DNA of 62,853 nt, filler included, from Rhabdomonas costata (taxonomy: Eukaryota): the NCBI GenBank assembly GCA_019059605.1. It is 32 parts of 32 records of this genome, joined end to end, with 100 filler letters (N's around TTAATTAATTAA, not from the genome) between each part and the next. Parts side by side here need not be neighbours in the genome. Positions count along the whole stretch, not along the records: positions 9,842 to 11,709 come from JAHMHO010007972.1; positions 11,810 to 13,677 come from JAHMHO010007973.1; positions 13,778 to 15,645 come from JAHMHO010007974.1; positions 15,746 to 17,612 come from JAHMHO010007975.1; positions 17,713 to 19,580 come from JAHMHO010007976.1; positions 19,681 to 21,548 come from JAHMHO010007977.1; positions 21,649 to 23,515 come from JAHMHO010007978.1; 25 more parts are not named here. One strand, 5' to 3'. Below are positions 10,552 through 22,121 of this stretch, piece after piece (within the stretch, counting starts at the first letter, position 1; each line of letters opens with the position of its first letter). A program made the translations under genes and the position numbers. The notes under the pieces are model-generated. The model was not told the DNA's origin. It saw only the letters and a program-made list of their open reading frames with translations, and did no database searches.

Positions 10552-11428
10552 TCAGCCCAGGTAGGCCAGCTTTCGCTCCACAGGCTCTCCAAGCCAGCAC
10601 CGCGAGCCCACGCAGAAGTGGTCCGTGTGGTGCCTGCCATGGCGGCGGCGCTCACGGTGGATGCTGGAGGCAAATGTTCCGATGCTGTTGCTCAGGAAGA
10701 ACTCCGCCTCCACGCACGCGATGTTGTCCACAATCGTCGATACGCCGACCCTGAGGCGAGCAGCGGACGCGGAAGTTCACAAAATTAGATGCATACCACG
10801 TTCTGAGTTTTGGGATGTAACTTAACTTATTTGCATTTTTTAGGGGTGGGGTGGTTGGGCGTTAAACGTTGAACGAGTAAAATGTTTGACAGCGTTTGGG
10901 ACTTTGCGGATCAATTGGGACGGCATTATTTTTTATGGGAGGAGGCCAGTCCGCGGCGCGGTCGAAGCGGACGAATGAAACGGAAACATGCCATGGGGCT
11001 GAGCTCGTGCAAAATTGTGACTTTTCGTGTTCAACGTGATAAGCATTTAACATTGTGAAGAACAAGAAATTGAGTGTGGGCGTTGGTGAAGTAAACGTTT
11101 AACATCCCCCTCCCCTCTCTTCCCCTCAATACAGCAGCCCAAAAAAAAGAGATTCCGCTCAGAAGGAAAAAGTCCGCCACAGGGCTTCAAACCGATCGAA
11201 TTGGTACTCCTCGGGAACCACGTACTGCACCCCATTGAGCCTCGCGAAGCCCGCGCGCACGGCCGCCAGGGTGGCCTTGAGCCGCTCCTCAAAGGCAGCC
11301 AGCCTGCGGCGGTTCCATCCCAGCCTCATCCGGACTCGCACAGGCTCCTCGGGGAAGTTGTCCAGGTCGTGTGCCAGGAACACCGCGCTGAGATTGTGCT
11401 TCCGAACAATGTAAAGCCCCCGTTCCAC
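10552..11428 (-). CDS. GDP-fucose protein O-fucosyltransferase-like (POFUT/O-FucT family), last two exons
   Basis: Exons 11428-11208 and 10750-10552 (TGA); KHNLSAVFLAHD resembles VFLATD; TIVDNIACVEAEFFLSNSIGTFASSIHRER resembles AIVDQxIC..FIGT.STFS.I..ER. Confidence 0.7.
10843..11114. mobile_element. Possible MITE-like insertion in an intron
   Basis: Left G-run + gttaaacgtt (10861) and right aacgtttaac (11094) + C-run form imperfect terminal inverted repeats around ~270 bp of noncoding DNA. Confidence 0.4.
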
Positions 11429-11809
11429 CTAAGTGAGGGAGGGTGTTGTGAAGCGGGTGGTGTTTTTCCTGCATAAAAATTACAGATTACAGATTACATG
11501 AGGGGTGCTTGTCCAGGTATACCAGCTTGGTGCCATCATGACAGGTCATGACAGAGTTTTAGTTTCCGAGTCTTTTGGGGACGAAAAATCAAACTTTACG
11601 ACTCCGCGACTTTATGTTTGGGTTTTTCGATGTTTCATTTGAAATTTAGGGGGAACACAAACAACCAGAAAAGTCCCTTTGGCCAGAAAACAAGAAGACC
11701 AAAACAAAANNNNNNNNNNNNNNNNNNNNNNNNNNNNNNNNNNNNNNNNNNNNTTAATTAATTAANNNNNNNNNNNNNNNNNNNNNNNNNNNNNNNNNNN
11801 NNNNNNNNN

Positions 11810-13655
11810 GGTGGGTGGGCAGGTGATGCTGCTGACAGGCCCCAACATGGGTGGCAAGAGCACTCTGATGCGGGCTGTGTGCATCGCGGTGGTGATGGCA
11901 CAGCTGGGGGCCTACGTGCGCGCGCAGAGCTGCACCCTCTCCGTGGTGGACCGCATCTTCACTCGCATCGGGGCAATGGACAGAATTATGAGCGGTCCGA
12001 AAGAGAGAGAGAAAGAGAAGTGGCCAGTGCACTGCAGCCCATACTCTGCGCCTCACAGCCTCTGAAGCCTCTGCAGCCTCTGCGAGCCGAAGAGGGCTCC
12101 CTCTCCCCCTCAATTGAGAGAGTTGCAACATTAAAAATCCGCTTTTGGTGGGACCCTTCCGCGCCACCACTCTTCAGCACATCTTCACATCCTTCACCCA
12201 AAGGAAGAATGGAGTGTTCACAGTCTGCACAGGAGGGTGTGATGGGGGGTGGCATCTGTGGCGCGGGATATTCCATAAATGCTATATGTTCTCTTCGTGT
12301 ATGTGGTATTTTCCTCGGAACAGCAAGATCTGTGTCTTTGTCCACCTCAACTTATCCTTCTTGTTCACCCGGCACCTTCATCTCATCCCCCCCCCCGGGG
12401 GGTTTTCCCCGACCGTCTGTCCTCGGCGCATGCAGGGCAGTCGACGTTCATGGTGGAGATGCAGGAGACCGCGGCGATCCTTCACAGTGCTACTCCGGAC
12501 TCCTTGGTGTGCAGCGCTGTTTTAATATGGCGATAGTCGGAGGTTTCTTTTTTAAGGTGATGGTGGTGTGCTACTTTTACTGTTGTGGCGCCTTTGGCGG
12601 TCCACGCTGCGGCAAGTTGCTTTGTTTGTGTGGGGTACCCATTTACTTGGGGAACAGCCCCCTTGAAGCAAGGCGAGATTTTTAGGTCAAAGGCGAACAA
12701 GCTTGCTCTCGGGTTGATCCATTTCCCAATGGGGTATTCGTTTTGACTTCCCCATACCGTCCTTCACGCGCGTGTGTGTATGTGTGTGGGTGCTTTTGAT
12801 GGTTCTTTTTTTTGTCCGCCTTTGCTCACTTTGAATTGTCATCGAGTGCGGTTTGTTCTCTCGGAAACTTCTGTCTCCTGTTGCAAAGGTTATTGTGGAT
12901 GAGCTGGGACGCGGAACCAGCACCTTCGACGGCTACTCCATCGCCTACGCGTATGCACTGTTCGACTGTGTTCTAAAGGCTTCTCGGTGACGACCGGCTA
13001 ATTCGCATATGCCTGCATATTGCCTGATCAGCCGAGCGAAATATGGCATTGCGTTGAAATGCCCCTCCATGTATGTGTGTTGATAAGGGGCCATACCGGC
13101 AGTTTGGATGGGTGAAGGGCCATGGTGTTTTGTGCAGGGTGCTTCGGAAGTTGGCGCTGTCCGTGGGGTGCCGGACGGTGTTTTCCACGCACTACCACTT
13201 CTTAGCCGAAGAGATGGCCCGCGAGGCCCCGGGTCGGGTGGCGCCCTACCACATGCACTACTCGGTCGGCGACGCCGGGGACGTCACCTTCCTCTACGCC
13301 CTGCGGCCTGGGGCGTGCCAGGCATTCCCCCCCCCCCACACACACACAATTTCTCTCTTGCGCTCTTGCGTGTATGTGAGTGAGTTCTTGTGCAGGATGC
13401 ACGTTTACCCGGGGAGAGACAGGGAATGAGCTTCAGAGGCAAGAACACCAACAAACACTCGCACTTCTACTCCCTACATCTCATCTTTCTCCAATCCTGG
13501 CTTCCCGATAGCTGTAATTTCCACTCAAATATCCCAGCACCAGTATTTTGATTGAGGTTTGTGGTTATGCACCTGTACGTTCAGTGGGTCGGTGGGTGGC
13601 TGTCCACAGAAGTCGTATGGCTGCGATGTTGCCCGGAAGGCAGGCCTCCCGCAAG
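11810..13655 (+). CDS. MSH6: MutS family mismatch-repair ATPase, MSH6-like C-terminal domain (partial, 5 exons)
   Basis: Exons 11810-11994, 12436-12506, 12889-12950, 13138-13321, 13610-~13655; [57 protein letters not shown]. Confidence 0.88.
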
Positions 13656-14825
13656 GTTCTGGCCCGCGCGCAGCAGTNNNNNNNNNNNNNNNNNNNNNNN
13701 NNNNNNNNNNNNNNNNNNNNNTTAATTAATTAANNNNNNNNNNNNNNNNNNNNNNNNNNNNNNNNNNNNNNNNNNNNCGTTCTGCCAATTCCGAGACGCT
13801 GTCTGCGAAGAGTGCCGAGTGTTTATGTTTTCCGTCCTCGGGCGGAGTTGCCTAAGCCCTCTCGGACAATCCTTGGATGGATGCATCCTTGCATCACCCT
13901 TCGTGCAGTACATCGTCCACCCGCTGCTTGGGCAGAGTTGCCCCCACCCCGCATCCCGCCTTCATCCTCCACACATTGCCTTCCACTCCACACAACGCTC
14001 CAACCCTGAAGAAGCCGGACCCCCTCCACTCGCACCACCAGGGTGCCCAGCGGGCCCCCCGGGGTGCCGCTCACAGGCATCGGCCCGAGCGGGGATCCCA
14101 CAGAAGGGGAAGCCACCGGGCCATGGGCCGCCGCGCCAACCTCCCCGGACTCGCTGCTCGCGGCGGAATGCACGGGAAGCACACAGGAGGACGAAGAAGA
14201 GGAGCACGACGCTGACAAGCTCGAGGCCATTCTTCCTCTCTCACTTTCACTCTTACTACTTTCTTGCTAACCCTAACGCCAACCCTAAGCCACTGCACAA
14301 CAGGGTGAGAGAGAGAGAGCTAGAAAGCAAAATGGGAAGAGGGCGTGTTACTGGGAAGGAGACAGGGTGAGATAGGGGGTAAGGATGAGGGTAAAGGTGG
14401 AGGTAGGGGAATCAAGCTCACTCTCGGGCGCGGATGGGCAGAGGAGAGTGGGTAAGGGTCTCAGAAAGAAACAAGTGAAAACAGGAAGACTGCAAACCAA
14501 TAAGTGCACAGGCGGGAGTGCGCCGGCAGGCAGGCACAGATGTGAAGGGCATGTTGTGATTTCGACCTAACCCAGAAATGCCGCCAGTAAGCCAAATAAG
14601 GATATAAAAGCACCACAAAACATTCACAGCAGCAGCGTCGCGTTAATGCAAAACGGCACAGCAAACAACTTCGAAAAGCACTCGAAAAGCACATATGCAC
14701 AACAGCCGAGAATCGATTTCGAAGCCATTTCGAGTGATAAAGAAAGCCGCTCGCTTGCTTCGCCGTGCAGTGACTTCAATGGGGACAATAGAAGCGTCCT
14801 CGTTGCAAATGGGTCTCTCCACTTT

Positions 14826-15640
14826 CTAAAGGTTCGGCGCTAGAGCAGGGCACCATCTGGCTCGGCGAAGAAGAAGAGGGGCATGGTCATCCTCGACCGA
14901 GAGAAGTACAAACCGAACATCGTTGGAGTGGTAAGCGTACCCGACGCTTCTCCTCAAAAGGCCCAGAGATGAAAACGTCAAGTTGACGTCGCCAACGTCG
15001 CCGACCGAAGTGAAGTGCTGGATAATGAGAGCCGACACAAAAGCAGCGACAGGTTCCCTGCCGAAACTCTCGTCTCCATTGACCAGATCCCAAAGCTCGA
15101 GGGTTTTGCTGTCACTGCCGCTGACAATGTGGTTGCCGTCCAAAGTCACAGCCACTGCGAGGACGGATTTATTGTGTCCCTTAAGGGTTCGCTCCGCCTT
15201 ACCGGTATTCAAGTCCCACACCTTAATCGTCCTATCCCAACTGCCGCTGACAATGCGCTTGCCATCTAACGTCACAGCAACGGCGCTTACGGATTCATTG
15301 TGTCCCTCAAGAGTGCGGTCCTCCTTCCTGGTTTTCAGGTCCCACACCTTAATCGTCTTATCCCAACTGCCGCTGACAATGTGCTCGCCGTCCGACGTTA
15401 CCGCAAGGGCCAGGACGTATTCACTATGTCCCTTAAGAGAGCGCTCCTCCTTCCCCGTATTCAGGTTCCAAACCTTGATGGTCTTTTCATGACTGCCGCT
15501 GACAATGTGCTTACCGTCCGACGTCAACGCAACGGCATCGACGGTATCAGTGTGTCCCTCAAGAGTGGGGTCCTACTTCCCGGTATCGAGGTTCCAAACC
15601 TTGATCACCTTGTCCTCACTGCCGCTGACAATGTGCACCC
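14826..15640 (-). CDS. Intronless WD40 protein C-terminus with near-identical 42-aa (126-bp) repeats, NACHT-WD/NLR-type; in-frame TAG at 15573-15575
   Basis: About five repeats GHxxxVxAVAVTxDGxHIVSGSxDKTIKVWDLxTGKEERTL with a 126-nt period (tgtccct at ~15175, 15301, 15427, 15553). Confidence 0.85.
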
Positions 15641-15810
15641 CCAACNNNNNNNNNNNNNNNNNNNNNNNNNNNNNNNNNNNNNNNNNNNNTTAATTAATTA
15701 ANNNNNNNNNNNNNNNNNNNNNNNNNNNNNNNNNNNNNNNNNNNNTACAATTTCAACTCGTGCAACGTGTATGCGAACATGCAAAAGGAGGTAATTTTGG
15801 GTGAGCGCAC

Positions 15811-17446
15811 CCCGGCTGATGGCCAGTCCGAGGAGCGTCTCCCAGAGAGTGCCGCAGAAATCAGCTGCGCCAACCACGTCTTCCCAACCCCTATACAAAC
15901 CAGTGCGCCTCAATGAAAGCACAACAGCTGAGTAAACCAACCGCACGTTGAGCACAAGGGCACATATCTATAATCGGCCCAAACTGGACAAAACTAGGAG
16001 GTTACTGAAGCAAAAACCAGACCACATTTGTCCCGAGGCATATGTGCAATTCACATACCCCCGATGTCACGCTACTTTGACTTAAGTGCATTCTTTCCTA
16101 ACGAGTTGCCTTCTGCCCAGAACTGGAAGAAAAGGGGAAAGGAGAAACAGGGTAGGCAACCGTTGTCCCCCGCAAAGTGCATGTGGATCCTGTCCTGGGG
16201 GTTGTCCAGCTTCAGGCTCAGTTTCCCGCGAACCTCTTCCAGGATCTGGGAATGGCCCTTGAAGTCCTCCAAGAACCTATCCAGCTTGTTCATCACCCTG
16301 AGAGCGAGCGTGCTCATTTAATCTGCTTTTTTTTTCACAAGCACACGGCCACAGTGAATTTTTACCAGGGAACCAATCAAAAAAGCTCTCAGAAGAATGC
16401 GAACGATACCCCAAGACCTGCTGCACAGCCAGGAGAGAGCGTTTGGGGGTAAAAGCAGGCGAATCAAACAATCCAGCCCAGCACAGCGCAGCACGATATA
16501 TAGGAAAGGTTGATGCTCAACAGATAGAGTCAAGGCGTTTTGCCCGGTGCTGTCAGACGAGTCACGCGATGCGGCAGCACAGCACAGAACAAAAAAACCT
16601 GTCCCGGTCGGGGTCATGCGTGCACTTGGGGTGGAAGAAGGAGTAGCACATCGGGTGGAAGACCATATGTTTGAGATCGTCGCACAACATTCGAACACTG
16701 CAGAGCTCATCTGACAGCCCCACCATAGGTTCATGAAAACCCAAATCTTGTTGTCGCGCAATGAGGCACGGACCCAAAGGCAGGCACCCCGTGAAACTCG
16801 AAACACATCAGCGTGCGAGGAAATTTCACTTCCACAGGTCGACGGTATGGGTGGGTCCAAAACTAAGAGCAGCAGTTACGAAAACGCCAAGTAATACTTC
16901 CATCTCTAAGAATAACACAAAAACACACCACTGTGGGCCTGGTAGTGCAGCCCCGCATCAACAGTGCAATGGACGAACCCAGGAAAAAGCCCCAGGGCCA
17001 GAAAAACAAAAACGACACGGGGAGAAGCGGAACAGGAGCACAGGGAGGCCATCCGTCGCTGAAAACACCACTACTCAGGAGAATGGCAAAAGGAGGCAAA
17101 ATAACCACTAGTACAAGAAAAAAGCAGAGCGAAAAAGTAACAAGGGGGAAATCACCAAGCAGCTGCAAATTTAACTGGACATCGTCACTAAACCAGATCG
17201 TGACCCCCATCATAAGTAAATAAATTGGATCCCATTGTCATTACTATCTTTACCAAGTTGCCCATATACAAATAGTGGGTACACAACAAACAAAACCTCA
17301 AGCAAACCTGATATTTACGATCGCAAAGGCACCAATATCACCTTCACCTTTGAACTTTGCTCCACCATGCCAATCTTCCCGTGTTGGCCGCCAATCTGGA
17401 CAGCCATAGTACCACAATTCACCATGAAAAAGTAAAATCCAACGCC
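15811..17446 (-). CDS. Torsin-like AAA+ ATPase (partial, 4 exons)
   Basis: Exons 17446-17348 (tentative), 16710-16599, 16297-16161, 15890-15811; spliced Walker A MHFAGDNGVGKTWLAQLIS, preceded by FKGHSQILEEV (cf. torsin LFGQHL). Confidence 0.65.
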
Positions 17447-18897
17447 CTGACCAAACTGTCAAAAAATCATTGGGAAAGCAAACTCGGCAGGATGCGCAGT
17501 CAATACAAGACACAGCTTTCGGCAGCTCGCGCTTCCCTTGAAGACAAGTCCTGGCTGCAAGGAGCGCAGACAGCGGCAGTACAATCCTCTGCGCACTCAC
17601 AGAAAAACCACANNNNNNNNNNNNNNNNNNNNNNNNNNNNNNNNNNNNNNNNNNNNTTAATTAATTAANNNNNNNNNNNNNNNNNNNNNNNNNNNNNNNN
17701 NNNNNNNNNNNNGTTGTTTTTTGCAAATTGCCTGTTGAGGTGGTTGTTTTTTTGTCTCCGCAAATTGGAAGTCTTATTTATGTGTGTGTGTGTGTTGGGC
17801 GCTGGCTGTTGCCTGTTGCCTGGTTGACTGGTTGCTTGATTGTTGGTGACCACTGTGGACTGACGGGCGCACGCGCTGTTGGCCACGGGTGCTCGCGAGA
17901 GATGCCGTTGGAGCGAATCGTGCCGTGGGACACCGGAACCGGCTCACCGCCGAAGGTTCCACATCTGGTAACCTCCCTTCTTCCCCACGGGTCCCGGGCC
18001 TTTGTCGCGCAGCTGCTCTTTTCCAGCGGCTACCTGCATTGCTTCATTGCTGCTCAGGTCTCAGCGACTCCACACTCCTTCCTTGGGGGCTGCGTGTGTG
18101 TCATCGATCGATTGCATTGGCCCTGTGGCAGTTTTTCTCCGTGGCCCGGACCAAAGGCTTGTTAACCTCGTGCGCGACTGTCGGGGTGGCTGGCTTACTC
18201 TCGGCGGGTTAAAAAGCCTTTTACTGAACTCGAACGTCTCGCTTCCCGAACCAAGAGATGTCCTTTTGGGTGTCCTTGTTTGCGTGTTCACTTCCGAAAC
18301 TCCGCGACAAAGGTCCATGAAGGTCCATGACCCAAACAAGCTGAAATCAAGGGGTATCATGATCTCCACTTGTAAGCACGCGAACATACCAATAATTGCC
18401 AAGAGGTCTCACAAGTAGTTGAGGGGCGTTGGAACTCACACACCCCAGCACTTAATATCTCGGGCCACTGGGTCCACTGGGCTCCACAACCCAAGAAAGC
18501 CAGGACCTTATTAAAACTGCCCCGAGCTCAGGACTTCCTTTCTGCCCATGCCGCTCGAACCATCGTGGGATTACACAAACCAGTCTCAGATCGCAGTAGT
18601 CAAGTTACCAATCCCCGTCGTAGAAACTTGCTGTCGTGGGAGGTGTTCTTTATCGGTTTGTCTGGTGCCCGCCCGCTCGCCCGCCCTTGCTGTCGTGTGC
18701 GACAGTCACTTTGAACGCTGGCTCAGATGCCTTCTGTATCTCGAGGATGTGTTTGTTTGTGGTCCCTTGTCCCCCGTTGGGAGAAACAGAAAGTTTCCGA
18801 ATGTAACACACACGCAACCCAGCACACAGGCAGTCCACGCAACACACTTTTCCGAAGTGATTTATAGAGTAAAGTGGAGGGGGGGGGGCGCACATAC

Positions 18898-19340
18898 CAC
18901 GAGCTGCGTGTGCTCACTGCCCACCACATGAGTGGTGGGGTAGGCCACCCCCGCGATTATCACCGTGGCCCCGCTGGCCCCGAAGTCGCCCCCGGTGATT
19001 GTCAGCGGCACTCCGGTGCAGTAGCACTCCTGTGGCCCCCCGGGCACGATGGCGCAGTTCCCGCCCACAATCGAGCTCACCACAGGGGGCACTGCAAGGG
19101 TGGAGGAGACCACCCTCACTACAAGGCCCTGCCCCGTGCCGGCGTAGCCCACGCAGGTCACCGTGGTGGAGTTCTCGGGGCCCAACGGGTGCTGGAGGAG
19201 AGCACACCGAATGTCTCCGAGGAAGAGCTGGAAGACTGTGGCGAAGTTGGAGCCCACGATGGTCAAGGGAGAGAGGCCCGAAGAGTTGCACAGCACGGGG
19301 TCCGCCCAGCTGGGGCCAGCCTGGCACCCCTCCACTTGAG
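18898..19340 (-). CDS. IPT/TIG-domain cell-surface protein exon
   Basis: AG/GT-bounded GC-rich exon with two TIG-like units (LTIVGSNF..VTC..AGTG; LTITGGDFGASGATVIIAG..HTQL). Confidence 0.7.
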
Positions 19341-20251
19341 CTGTGTTGTATTTTTTTTGGGGGGGGGGTGACATGCACAAAAGCGAAGCAGAGGAGCGAC
19401 CGGACCTCCGTGGACCTCCAACCACCGCCTTACTTTTCGAAGAAGCCATACATACCACACCATCACCGCGGAAGAGCGGTGATGGCACTACTCGGAGAGC
19501 AAAGAAACCTTCCCCGAGCTCCTTTTGAGAATTCGTCGCATCTGTGTTTGCGAAGGTTACCCTTGCTCACGACAAAACAANNNNNNNNNNNNNNNNNNNN
19601 NNNNNNNNNNNNNNNNNNNNNNNNTTAATTAATTAANNNNNNNNNNNNNNNNNNNNNNNNNNNNNNNNNNNNNNNNNNNNCACTTGAACTTGAATATTTT
19701 GTGGCGACTCTCGGGGATGCTTTGTTCAGCCGCTTGTCTCTTGTTGTGCTGTGTTTTCTGTGCTGAACTGGCCCGCTGCCTCCATTGCTGTGAGTAGTTG
19801 GATCACACACTGGGAAGCGACTGCCAATAGAGTGCATTTGTGTTAGATTTTGTTCGCGTGAGGGTGTGTGGGGTGGGTACTGTCTGGCACCAGTGGCATC
19901 GAAGTGGTAGCTTCCCTTTTTTTTGTTGTGCTGACTCCTGCTACTGCAAGAACTTTTGTGCCGCAGTGCTATTTTAATCCCAGAAAATGATTTCAAGTAG
20001 TCCGCAGACGATCTCCGATTCCGTGGAATTTGAGTAGAAGACTTATGTAGTGGTTCGCGGGCCTCACTGGGAAGTTGTGCAGGGGGGGGGGGTAGCCGTT
20101 AGCATCGCAATTGGTGGTCTTGAAGTTGCACTAGTTTGTTCCCAGACACAAGTCCCGAGAGGGTTTGATGGAACTTGATTGGAACTCCAGGCTGTGGGAA
20201 AAGAGCATAAGGTTGCCATCGGTTAATTCTGCCCCCGCTGGTGCCAGCACT

Positions 20252-21415
20252 ATGCCCTCCCCGTACCTGCGGTCTATTGTCTACTCTGTGAAACTGGTGT
20301 GGGAGGGCTGTCTCCTTTTCTGTCTGCTGGGGACGTTTGGTTATTCTCTCCGCCACAACGCATTCTCCTCCGCTTCGCCTTCTGCTGCGGGTGCTGCGGC
20401 GGATGTCGTACCTGAAGAGGTCCTCCCCCACGCTGGCCCGCCGTGGCTGTGGGTGGCTCGGGGGGCCCGCGAGGTCTCCGCGGCGGGTGTGCATCGCCGT
20501 GGTGCTGCTCTTTGCGAGCTTCCTGAGTGGGGAGGTGCTGACCTCGGTCAACCGGGGCACGATGATTGTGCTGCAGCTGCTGTTTTTGATTGAGGCCGCC
20601 GTTGGCTACGCCCTCAGCACGGCATTGTTCGCCACCTCCCACCGGCCGGTGTGTGTATCTGTGATGTGAGCCTGCTGTATGTTACGCGGCTCGCTCGGGC
20701 AGTGCAACTCCATGCGCCAACCCGGACAGCAGCGCGTGCGCCATCGGTCCGCAGTGGTCACCAACAACCAGCGCGCTCTGCGCCCAGCTCACGCGGTTAC
20801 ACACACACAGCACTGATACCAACCCTACCAAACATGCCCCCTCGCACCACATCTGTGCATACCCCATCACCAGCCTCGTGTGTGTGTTCGTGTGTCAGCT
20901 GAAATCGGCTCAATTTGCCGCTGAGAAGGGACAACCCTCTTCAAAAGGCGCAACACTGATTTCGGCTTTCATGGCTTTCTAGCGAAGAAAGTGTTTGAAG
21001 ATCAAACCAAGGCAATGTTTTCTTTCTCCGTCCAAAGCTCTTCACTCACTGTGCAGTCAGACCCCCGTTAGCTCCTAGCTTCGGTATCTGCAGTGGGGCT
21101 CAGCGGAAGCAGCCGCTCACGAGTCGTCGGTGACTTCGGCGATCGCGACTGTTCTACGGGTATCCCAGGGCAGTTCTTTGTAATTTTTTTGTTGTATTGT
21201 TTTTTGTTATTGTTATTGTTATTGTAGAGGCTGGCTCTGCTGTCCCCCGCGCTGGCCCTGGCGAGTTGCCTAGCGCGGTACTCCGCCGCCGTGGGCAGCC
21301 CCACTCAGATGACCGACCAGTTTGGGGTGATGCTGTTTGCCTGCTCTGTGGTACTGACGCACGCCCTGGTGGCCCTGGGGTTCCTGCTGGCCCGGGTCCA
21401 CCTCACCGTTCTCAG
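20252..21415 (+). CDS. Hypothetical multi-pass membrane protein (partial)
   Basis: Exon ending 20648 and exon 21228-21415 join in phase (GT-AG) and give several hydrophobic segments; 5' boundary uncertain because of a frame change near 20335. Confidence 0.5.
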
Positions 21416-22121
21416 GTCAGCCGCCCCATCCTGTGTGCACAGTATCCACAACATGAACCCTAATTCTAACCTTAATCCCTACACCTGAACAACATGAACC
21501 CTAATCCAATCCCTACCCCCGACCAGTCTCAACCACAAAAAAAAAACCNNNNNNNNNNNNNNNNNNNNNNNNNNNNNNNNNNNNNNNNNNNNTTAATTAA
21601 TTAANNNNNNNNNNNNNNNNNNNNNNNNNNNNNNNNNNNNNNNNNNNNGGGGGGTTTGGATTCTCTCCTCGGAATCAACTTTCCCTGTTTTGGCATGGTG
21701 TGTTTATTATTATTACTGTGTGGCTGTGGTTTTTATGGGGGGGCTTGTGTGTGCGGCGTTTCGTTTGTCGGAAAACGTATTTTTTATCCATTTTTGGATT
21801 GCATCCTCAAGGTTTTTTTTAGAGTGGAGCTGCTTTTCTTTGTGGTTTCGAACATTGTGTTGTGCGATGGACTGGATAGAAGGTGCCTTGATTTATTGGT
21901 GTGGCCTGTAAATGCCAAAAAGTTGCTCCCCGGGCCGTTGGAAATACGGCCCGAAAGGCTCATAATAGACCTTGAAGATGCCGCAACTTGTGTCGTGGAC
22001 CAAACCCTTGTTACATTATTCGAAGTTTCTTGTTCGCAAACATGCAAACATCAACCTGACACTGAGAATTTCCCTCACTTAAACTCAACTAAGCGGTGCT
22101 GGTTCCTTGCTGTTCTCACAG

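Noticed and set aside
13823-14230. Ser-rich - strand ORF, possibly the 5' end of a non-LTR element
   Set aside because: Low complexity and no intact zinc-finger or other diagnostic motif
14268-14289. CCCTAA-like telomeric motifs (also ~21456-21515)
   Set aside because: Only 2-4 degenerate internal units; not a chromosome end
18240-18420. WVMDLHGP on the - strand resembling an integrase core
   Set aside because: Single short motif; flanking motifs not recoverable by eye
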